64,000 nucleotides of DNA from Escherichia phage PE37: sequence record NC_054929.1; one strand, given 5' to 3'. The position numbers and the translations under genes were made by a program. The notes under the pieces are model-generated. The model searched no databases and had not been told where the DNA came from. It saw only the letters and a list, made by a program, of their open reading frames with translations. Below are positions 35,914 through 43,052 of this stretch, one piece after another; positions within the stretch are counted from its first letter, which is position 1; every line of letters begins with the position of its first letter.

Positions 35914-36090
35914 ATGGCAAAACAAGCTAAAGCAAAGAAAGCAGTTGAAAAGAAAGTTGGTGATTCTAAACGCGCTGGCTACAAGCGTGGGTCGAACTCT
36001 CGTATCAATCAAACTGTTGAGAAGATCATGCGCCGAGCACGTGCGGTTCTTCGAGATGATGCTTCTCGTTTTGGTAAGCAGAAAGCATAA
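35914..36090 (+). CDS. small highly basic protein (58 aa, Lys/Arg-rich)
   Basis: ATG 35914 (alternative upstream ATG at 35872); followed by strong terminator. Confidence 0.4.
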   Translation: MAKQAKAKKAVEKKVGDSKRAGYKRGSNSRINQTVEKIMRRARAVLRDDASRFGKQKA

Positions 36091-36094
36091 GTTA

Positions 36095-36120
36095 AGGACT
36101 CCTTCGGGAGTCCTTTTTTA
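36095..36120 (+). terminator. intrinsic terminator
   Basis: AGGACTCC-TTCG-GGAGTCCT followed by TTTTTT. Confidence 0.7.
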
Positions 36121-36143
36121 TTTTCCAAAGATTGCATAAAGTT

Positions 36144-36176
36144 GTTTACAGTATGGTTCCTTTGTGATAGTATTAT
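36144..36176 (+). promoter_or_regulatory. early promoter
   Basis: GTTTAC 36144-36149 and TGATAGTATTAT -10 region; imperfect inverted repeat spanning -10 and SD. Confidence 0.5.
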
Positions 36177-36200
36177 CTTACACAAACAAAGGAGAATAAA

Positions 36201-36533
36201 ATGAAAACGATTAATCTGAACGCTGCAGTTAAGACTAAATGCTTCAATGGTAAATATGATGAAACTATGTGGTTCTTAATGGCAGTTGAAGGTGATATTA
36301 TTGAAGTAGAAACAACAGAAGGTATGGGAACAGATTTCACCTTTACAATTCAAGTTCATAATTTCTTTACTGGTTGGATTTATGAATTGAATACAGTAAT
36401 CGTTGGAAAAATTGAACAAAATGAATTAGGCGAATGGTATTATGTTACAGCTCGCCAACGTGCCGAACGTTTGATTGAGAAGATGAAAAAAGTTGGTAAA
36501 CTTGACATGAAGCACTGGAAAGTAGTAAAATAA
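36201..36533 (+). CDS. hypothetical protein (110 aa)
   Basis: AAGGAGAA SD then ATG. Confidence 0.55.
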   Translation: MKTINLNAAVKTKCFNGKYDETMWFLMAVEGDIIEVETTEGMGTDFTFTIQVHNFFTGWIYELNTVIVGKIEQNELGEWYYVTARQRAERLIEKMKKVGKLDMKHWKVVK

Positions 36534-36535
36534 TT

Positions 36536-36564
36536 GTTTACTTTGGTACAGGATATGATATTAT
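36536..36564 (+). promoter_or_regulatory. early promoter
   Basis: GTTTAC 36536-36541, 17-bp spacer, TATTAT; perfect 8-bp inverted repeat GGTACAGG/CCTGTACC (36545-36552 / 36568-36575) brackets the -10. Confidence 0.55.
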
Positions 36565-36601
36565 ATACCTGTACCGCAATTAAACATCTCGGAGAATAAA
36601 A

Positions 36602-36967
36602 ATGAACTACATCAACTTTGAACGTAAATATGTTTCTAATGGTATTGCAGGTTCTATTGATACTATTTGCCTTTGGAAACATCAAAATGGATCAGTATGC
36701 GAAATTGAACAGTATATGACTCCTAACTACGTTTATATGCGATTTGAAAATGGCATCACGGTTTCAATCACAATGGAAGGTTCAAACTTCAAAATCGCTC
36801 TGGATGATGATTTTCGTCAACGCGATTTAGGGACCCATCCTTGCTGGAATGGCGCTAATCGTAAGCTTCTGGTTAAAACTTGGATTCGTCATATTTTGAG
36901 TAACAGAGCTAAACCTGAGCATCTTGAAGCAATCTTTGATGTAGTTCTCAACGAATTTGATATTTAA
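36602..36967 (+). CDS. hypothetical protein (121 aa)
   Basis: GGAGAATAAAA SD then ATG. Confidence 0.55.
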   Translation: MNYINFERKYVSNGIAGSIDTICLWKHQNGSVCEIEQYMTPNYVYMRFENGITVSITMEGSNFKIALDDDFRQRDLGTHPCWNGANRKLLVKTWIRHILSNRAKPEHLEAIFDVVLNEFDI

Positions 36968-36976
36968 AAATAAATG

Positions 36977-36992
36977 AGGGGCTTCGGCCCCT
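36977..36992 (+). promoter_or_regulatory. GC hairpin with UUCG loop upstream of next SD
   Basis: AGGGGC-TTCG-GCCCCT; no T-run; followed by GAGGA and ATG. Confidence 0.4.
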
Positions 36993-37008
36993 TACTGAGG
37001 AAAATACT

Positions 37009-37296
37009 ATGTTTATGACTACTTATTTTGATACCCGCAAAAATTTCTGTGAAGTTGTTTTCTCTAAGGCGCCTAAAGACCTTCCTGCTCATTTGCAACC
37101 TACCAGTGAATCGATTAAAAATTATGTTGATGTGGTTTGTCCTTTAGAATTCCGTACAGTAAATGGGCGTGATACTTTAGCTATCGCTAAACTTAATCGT
37201 GAAATTGACATTGACCCTTCAATTGCGCGTGAAATTAATATTTCTGATATTGGCGGCGGTAATGTTAAATCACACGGCTTTCAGATGAGGTTCTGA
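37009..37296 (+). CDS. hypothetical protein (95 aa)
   Basis: ORF with SD. Confidence 0.5.
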   Translation: MFMTTYFDTRKNFCEVVFSKAPKDLPAHLQPTSESIKNYVDVVCPLEFRTVNGRDTLAIAKLNREIDIDPSIAREINISDIGGGNVKSHGFQMRF

Positions 37297-37493
37297 TGAA
37301 ATTCTTTTTAGGTCAAACCGTTGAATTAAAGGGAGTTGGTATACCTGGATTAATTTCTAAGGTTCTACCTCCATTTAAATGGAGTGGTGTTCAAATAAAA
37401 GAGGCTTATATTGTTTCCTGGGTAGATGGAAATGAAGACCTTCGTATGGGTGATGAATTATCTCCTATTTACGGATTAAAGGAATTAGTATGA
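37296..37493 (+). CDS. hypothetical protein (65 aa)
   Basis: coupled ORF. Confidence 0.45.
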   Translation: MKFFLGQTVELKGVGIPGLISKVLPPFKWSGVQIKEAYIVSWVDGNEDLRMGDELSPIYGLKELV

Positions 37494-37696
37494 ATATAAT
37501 TAATAAGATTTTTGGAATTCAGTACATTAAGGTCACATATAAAGTAACAGATAAAAATCCATATACTGATGAACATGAAGAACCACAAGTTAAGTCTATT
37601 ATATTAGAAAAGGACCCTAACTGGCCAGTTGAATTTCGTCTTCCTTGCTATGGTCATTGGGCTGATGTTGAAATTATAAGCATTGAAAATGCCTGA
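37490..37696 (+). CDS. hypothetical protein (68 aa)
   Basis: ATGA-coupled ORF. Confidence 0.45.
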   Translation: MNIINKIFGIQYIKVTYKVTDKNPYTDEHEEPQVKSIILEKDPNWPVEFRLPCYGHWADVEIISIENA

Positions 37697-38147
37697 GTTA
37701 GAGATTAGAAGCAATTTTAGATGGCCATCATGTGCATTAAGTAATTTCGCCCAATGGCCTTTCGTTATGGATGGCATTCAATTTGGAGGTCTCGAAGGAT
37801 TCCTCCAAGGGTGTAAGGTGAAAAATGTTGAACAACAACGTCGTATATTTGGGTTATCCGGGCTTGCCGCCCAACAAGCTGGAAGGTCTTATGCTAGAGC
37901 TCAGGACCATGGGACCCTCTTTTGGCTCGGAGTTCCATTTTCAAGATACTCTCCAGCGTGGAAAGAATTATACACAAATGCATATTTTGAAGCAGCGATT
38001 CAAAACAAGGGCTTTCGTGATGCATTACAAGCCTCGAAAGGAAAAGTTTTGAAGCACAGCATGGCTAGTGGTCTAACAAAAGATGATACAATACTAACCG
38101 AAGCTGAATTTATTGATGTGTTAAACCTATTAAGAGACTCTCTATGA
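37689..38147 (+). CDS. NADAR / YbiA-family (DUF1768) protein, putative ADP-ribose N-glycosidase
   Basis: ALSNFAQWPFVMDG...GLEGFLQGCK aligns with the SNFAAWP...DG...E..FQ..K core of E. coli YbiA as recalled; C-terminal LKH matches YbiA LVEH; start at ATG 37689 (track TTG at 37683). Confidence 0.65.
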   Translation: MPELEIRSNFRWPSCALSNFAQWPFVMDGIQFGGLEGFLQGCKVKNVEQQRRIFGLSGLAAQQAGRSYARAQDHGTLFWLGVPFSRYSPAWKELYTNAYFEAAIQNKGFRDALQASKGKVLKHSMASGLTKDDTILTEAEFIDVLNLLRDSL

Positions 38148-38986
38148 AGCCTACTATTTTAACTGATATTGATGGAGTATGTTTAAGCTGGCAATCAGGC
38201 CTTCCTTATTTTGCTCAGAAATATAATCTTCCGTTGGAACATATTTTAAAAATGATCCAAGATGAAAAATTTATTTCTCCTGGTAAACTTTTTAATTGTG
38301 ATGAAGAACTTGGCGTTAAGCTAATTGAAAAATACAATCGTTCAGATTTTATTCGTTACTTGTCTCCATATAAAGATGCCCTGTGTGTAATTAACAAATT
38401 AAAAGAAGATTATAATTTTGTAGCTGTTACAGCGCTGGGTGATTCTATTGACGCTCTGTTGAATCGTCAATTTAATTTGAATGCTCTTTTTCCTGGTGCC
38501 TTCTCAGAAGTAATGATGTGTGGTCATGATTCTTCAAAAGAAGAGTTGTTCAAAAAGGCAAAAGAGAAATATAACGTAATTTGTTATATTGACGATCTCG
38601 CTCACCACTGCGATCATGCGAGTGAAATATTAAATGTTCCAGTTTATTGGATGGCTCGAGGAGAGCGTGACAGTATTCCAAAAACTGCACAGCGAGTTTA
38701 TACATGGAATGATGTAGAGAATAAGCTTTTTCCATCGAAGGAAAATAAAGAAAGTTTTGATAGTGAAAAAGCTATAAAAGATGTAATTGAAAAGATGATT
38801 AAAAACGATTCTTTTCGTTGGAATACTACCTGGAGAACTCCTGGATTAAATCCATACCATCCATATTATACACATCCATATCATGTGCATCCATTTCATA
38901 CATGGAACTATATTAAACCTGGTGGCATAGAGTATTTGTATAATAGACCTACTAGTGGTGATAATATTTTCCAAGGAGCATTCTAA
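38144..38986 (+). CDS. HAD-superfamily phosphatase (5'(3')-deoxyribonucleotidase-like) with His/Tyr/Pro-rich C-terminal tail
   Basis: motif I LTDIDGV, motif IV YIDDLAHH; C-terminal PYHPYYTHPYHVHPFHTW. Confidence 0.6.
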   Translation: MKPTILTDIDGVCLSWQSGLPYFAQKYNLPLEHILKMIQDEKFISPGKLFNCDEELGVKLIEKYNRSDFIRYLSPYKDALCVINKLKEDYNFVAVTALGDSIDALLNRQFNLNALFPGAFSEVMMCGHDSSKEELFKKAKEKYNVICYIDDLAHHCDHASEILNVPVYWMARGERDSIPKTAQRVYTWNDVENKLFPSKENKESFDSEKAIKDVIEKMIKNDSFRWNTTWRTPGLNPYHPYYTHPYHVHPFHTWNYIKPGGIEYLYNRPTSGDNIFQGAF

Positions 38987-39255
38987 TGTTTGTCGTTCAC
39001 ACTATTTATGAAAATGAAGGTAATACTACACGTGATTACGGTCACGTAAATCAATTTTTTAGATGCAATCCAGAATTTCGAGCTCAAAAAGACGAACGAA
39101 TTTTTAAAAAATGTGTAGAGCAAGGTTTCATTTACGTCAAGCACTGGATGCAAGGAAATAAAGTTAGAACAACGTACCACAGGTCTTTGACTGAGCTTAA
39201 TGATGAATTGATTTATAATAGAGCTGTAAACCAAACTCTAAAGGATGAACAATGA
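38986..39255 (+). CDS. hypothetical protein (89 aa)
   Basis: coupled ORF upstream of ligase. Confidence 0.5.
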   Translation: MFVVHTIYENEGNTTRDYGHVNQFFRCNPEFRAQKDERIFKKCVEQGFIYVKHWMQGNKVRTTYHRSLTELNDELIYNRAVNQTLKDEQ

Positions 39256-40718
39256 TTCTTAAAATTCTGAACGAAATAGCATCTATTGGTTCAACTAAGC
39301 AGAAGCAAGCAATTCTTGAAAAGAACAAAGATAATGAATTGCTTAAACGAGTATATCGTCTGACTTATTCTCGTGGGTTACAGTATTATATCAAGAAATG
39401 GCCTAAACCTGGTATTGCTACCCAGAGTTTTGGAATGCTGACCATTACCGATATGCTTGACTTCATTGAATTCACGTTAGCTACTCGGAAATTAACTGGC
39501 AATGCAGCAATTGAGGAATTAACTGGATATATCACCGATGGTAAAAAGGATGATGTTGAAGTTTTGCGTCGAGTTATGATGCGAGACCTTGAATGCGGTG
39601 CTTCAGTATCTATTGCAAACAAAGTTTGGCCAGGTTTAATTCCTGAACAACCTCAAATGCTGGCAAGTTCTTATGATGAAAAGGGCATTAGTAAGAATAT
39701 CAAATTTCCAGCCTTTGCACAGTTAAAAGCAGATGGAGCCCGGTGTTTTGCTGAAGTCCGAGGTGATGAATTAGATGATGTTCGTCTTTTATCACGAGCT
39801 GGTAATGAATATCTAGGATTAAACCTTCTCAAAGAAGAGTTAATCAAAATGACCGCTGAAGCTCGCCAGATTCATCCAGAAGGTGTGTTAATTGATGGCG
39901 AATTGGTAGTATACCATGAGCAAGTTGAAAAGGAGCCAGAAGGTCTAGATTTTCTTTTTGATGCTTATCCTGAAATTAGTAAAGCTAAAGAATTCGCTGA
40001 AGTAGCTGAATCACGTACTACTTCTAATGGAATAGCTAATAAATCTTTAAAGGGAACCATTTCTGAAAAAGAAGCACAATGCATGAAGTTTCAGGTCTGG
40101 GATTATGTTCCATTAGTAGAAATATACGGTCTTCCAGCATTTCGTTTGAAATATGATGTACGTTTTTCTAAACTAGAACAAATGACATCGGGATATGATA
40201 AAGTAATTTTAATTGAAAACCAGGTAGTAAATAACCTAGATGAAGCTAAGGTAATTTACAAAAAGTATATTGACCAAGGTCTTGAAGGTATTATTCTCAA
40301 AAATATCGATGGATTATGGGAAAATGCTCGTTCAAAAAATCTTTATAAATTTAAAGAAGTAATTGATGTTGATTTAAAAATTGTAGGAATTTATCCTCAC
40401 CGTAAAGACCCTACTAAAGCGGGTGGATTTATTCTTGAGTCAGAGTGTGGAAAAATTAAAGTAAATGCTGGTTCAGGCTTAAAAGATAAAGCCGGTGTAA
40501 AATCGCATGAACTTGACCGTACTCGCATTATGGAAAACCAAAATTATTATATTGGAAAAATTCTAGAGTGCGAATGCAACGGTTGGTTAAAATCTGATGG
40601 CCGCACTGATTACGTTAAATTATTTCTTCCAATTGCGATTCGTTTACGTGAAGATAAAACTAAAGCTAATACGTTCGAAGATGTATTTGGCGATTTTCAT
40701 GAGGTAACTGGTTTATGA
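39252..40718 (+). CDS. 30: ATP-dependent DNA ligase
   Basis: 488 aa; KADGARC adenylation motif; T4 ligase length and sequence. Confidence 0.95.
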   Translation: MILKILNEIASIGSTKQKQAILEKNKDNELLKRVYRLTYSRGLQYYIKKWPKPGIATQSFGMLTITDMLDFIEFTLATRKLTGNAAIEELTGYITDGKKDDVEVLRRVMMRDLECGASVSIANKVWPGLIPEQPQMLASSYDEKGISKNIKFPAFAQLKADGARCFAEVRGDELDDVRLLSRAGNEYLGLNLLKEELIKMTAEARQIHPEGVLIDGELVVYHEQVEKEPEGLDFLFDAYPEISKAKEFAEVAESRTTSNGIANKSLKGTISEKEAQCMKFQVWDYVPLVEIYGLPAFRLKYDVRFSKLEQMTSGYDKVILIENQVVNNLDEAKVIYKKYIDQGLEGIILKNIDGLWENARSKNLYKFKEVIDVDLKIVGIYPHRKDPTKAGGFILESECGKIKVNAGSGLKDKAGVKSHELDRTRIMENQNYYIGKILECECNGWLKSDGRTDYVKLFLPIAIRLREDKTKANTFEDVFGDFHEVTGL

Positions 40719-40903
40719 AAGCTTACTTAGAAACAATTGTCGTGGCTCAAAAAGAAGGTGGAGATGTTTCTACTTCTGTATCACAAATCATGATTGAATT
40801 TATAGATGCATATGCTTATAATAAATTCACAGAAACTTTTGATGCTTATGAAAAAGGTCCAAAGTTTGAAATATATCGTACTCTCTTACAAATAGATTAT
40901 TAA
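40715..40903 (+). CDS. hypothetical protein (62 aa)
   Basis: ATGA-coupled to ligase. Confidence 0.45.
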   Translation: MKAYLETIVVAQKEGGDVSTSVSQIMIEFIDAYAYNKFTETFDAYEKGPKFEIYRTLLQIDY

Positions 40904-40926
40904 AGGCCTTCGGGCCTTTAATTTTA
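40902..40926 (+). terminator. intrinsic terminator
   Basis: AAAGGCC-TTCG-GGCCTTT followed by AATTTTAT. Confidence 0.6.
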
Positions 40927-40932
40927 TAAATA
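40925..40932 (+). promoter_or_regulatory. late promoter (TATAAATA) for alt
   Basis: exact TATAAATA about 24 nt upstream of alt ATG; Alt is a virion-packaged late protein in T4. Confidence 0.6.
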
Positions 40933-40955
40933 GAATAAACACTAGAGAGGATATG

Positions 40956-43049
40956 ATGGAACTCATTACAGAATTATTTGACGAAGATACTACTCTTCCG
41001 ATTACAAACTTAAATCCAAAGAAGAAAATACCACAAATTTTTTCAGTTCACGTTGATGATGCAATTGAACAACCAGGCTTTCGTTTATGTACCTATACAT
41101 CTGGAGGTGATACTAATCGCGATTTAAAGATGGGAGATAAAATGATGCATATTGTTCCTTTTACATTAACTGCTAAAGGTTCAATTGCTAAATTAAAAGG
41201 TCTGGGTCCAAGCCCGATTAATTATATCAATTCAGTTTTTACTGTTGCAATGCAAACAATGCGTCAATATAAAATTGATGCCTGTATGCTTCGTATTCTT
41301 AAGTCTAAAACTGCTGGCCAAGCTCGACAAATTCAAGTTATTGCTGATAGACTTATCCGTAGTCGTTCAGGTGGTAGATACGTCCTTCTTAAGGAACTCT
41401 GGGATTACGATAAAAAGTATGCATATATTCTTATACATCGCAAAAATGTATCACTAGAAGACATTCCAGGAGTTCCGGAAATTAGTACCGAGCTCTTTAC
41501 TAAAGTTGAATCGAAGGTCGGTGATGTTTATATCAATAAAGATACTGGAGCTCAAGTAACTAAAAATGAGGCAATTGCAGCATCTATTGCGCAAGAAAAT
41601 GATAAACGTTCTGACCAAGCTGTAATCGTTAAAGTTAAAATTTCACGTAGAGCAATTGCGCAAAGTCAATCATTGGAATCTTCTAGATTTGAAAGTGAAT
41701 TATTCCAGAAGTATGAATCTACCGCAGCTAATTTCAATAAACCTGCTACCGCTCCTTTAATTCCCGAAGCAGAAGAAATGAAGCTTGGAATTAATTCGTT
41801 AGCTTCTAAAACTAAGGCAGCAAAAATTATTGCTGAAGGAACTGCGAATGAACTTCACTATGACTATAAATTCTTTTCAAAAAGTGAGGTTGATGAAGTT
41901 TCAGAAAAAATTAAAGATGTAATTTTTAACGCAATCAAAAATGAACCAACTACTTCAATAAAATGTTTAGAGAAATACGCAGCAGCTGTTAATAAATTCT
42001 TTGAAGAATATAAAGATAATTGGCTTGATAAACATAATAAAACTCGTAAAGGGCAACCAGATGAAGTCTGGGGAGAAATAACTAAAAATGCATGGAATAC
42101 AGCAAAAACTAAATTCCTCAAACGAATGATTTATAGCTTTTCTGGAATTGGTGCTGGTCCAATGATTGATATTACTATTGCCCGTGATGGTTCTAAATAT
42201 ACTCCATCACAAAAGCGAGGTATTAGAGAATATTGTGGTTCAGGATATACAGACATTAATAATCTTCTTTTAGGTCGTTACAATCCAGAACGATATGATG
42301 TAATGAGTGAAAAAGAAATTGAATCTGCTATAAATAACTTAGATTCAGCTTTTGAAAATGGTGACCGTATACCAGAAGGCATTACAGTTTATCGTGCTCA
42401 AAGTATGACTGCTCCTATATATGAAGCGTTAGTTAAAAATAAAGTGTTCTATTTCAGAAATTTTGTATCTACTTCTTTAACTCCTATTATTTTTGGACGT
42501 TTTGGAATCACACATGCTGGTATTGGTCTTTTAGAACCAGAAGCTCGCAATGAATTAACAGTTGATAAAAATGAAGAAGGAATAACTATTAATCCAAACG
42601 AAATAAGAGCGTATAAAGAAAATCCTGAATACGTTAAAGTTCAAATAGGATGGGCAATTGATGGAGCTCATAAAGTTAATGTTGTATATCCAGGAAGTCT
42701 TGGAATAGCAACAGAAGCTGAAGTTATTCTACCGCGTGGATTGATGGTCAAAGTTAATAAAATAACTGATGCTTCTAATAATGACGGAACAACATCTAAT
42801 AATACAAAACTCATTCAAGCTGAAGTTATGACCACGGAAGAGCTCACCGAATCGGTAATCTATGATGGAGACCATTTAATGGAAACTGGTGAATTGGTTG
42901 CAATGACAGGTGATACTGAAATAGAAGACAGAGTTGACTTTGCATCATTTGTTTCATCAAATGTTAAACAGAAAGTCGAATCATCTCTTGGAATTATTGC
43001 GTCTTGCATAGATATTACAAACATGCCTTACAAGTTCGTTCAAGGATAA
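40956..43049 (+). CDS. alt: ADP-ribosyltransferase Alt
   Basis: 697 aa from second ATG; N-terminus MELITELFDEDTTLPITNL matches T4 Alt; C-terminal ART signature YRAQS / FVSTSL / EAE. Confidence 0.9.
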   Translation: MELITELFDEDTTLPITNLNPKKKIPQIFSVHVDDAIEQPGFRLCTYTSGGDTNRDLKMGDKMMHIVPFTLTAKGSIAKLKGLGPSPINYINSVFTVAMQTMRQYKIDACMLRILKSKTAGQARQIQVIADRLIRSRSGGRYVLLKELWDYDKKYAYILIHRKNVSLEDIPGVPEISTELFTKVESKVGDVYINKDTGAQVTKNEAIAASIAQENDKRSDQAVIVKVKISRRAIAQSQSLESSRFESELFQKYESTAANFNKPATAPLIPEAEEMKLGINSLASKTKAAKIIAEGTANELHYDYKFFSKSEVDEVSEKIKDVIFNAIKNEPTTSIKCLEKYAAAVNKFFEEYKDNWLDKHNKTRKGQPDEVWGEITKNAWNTAKTKFLKRMIYSFSGIGAGPMIDITIARDGSKYTPSQKRGIREYCGSGYTDINNLLLGRYNPERYDVMSEKEIESAINNLDSAFENGDRIPEGITVYRAQSMTAPIYEALVKNKVFYFRNFVSTSLTPIIFGRFGITHAGIGLLEPEARNELTVDKNEEGITINPNEIRAYKENPEYVKVQIGWAIDGAHKVNVVYPGSLGIATEAEVILPRGLMVKVNKITDASNNDGTTSNNTKLIQAEVMTTEELTESVIYDGDHLMETGELVAMTGDTEIEDRVDFASFVSSNVKQKVESSLGIIASCIDITNMPYKFVQG

Positions 43050-43052
43050 ATC

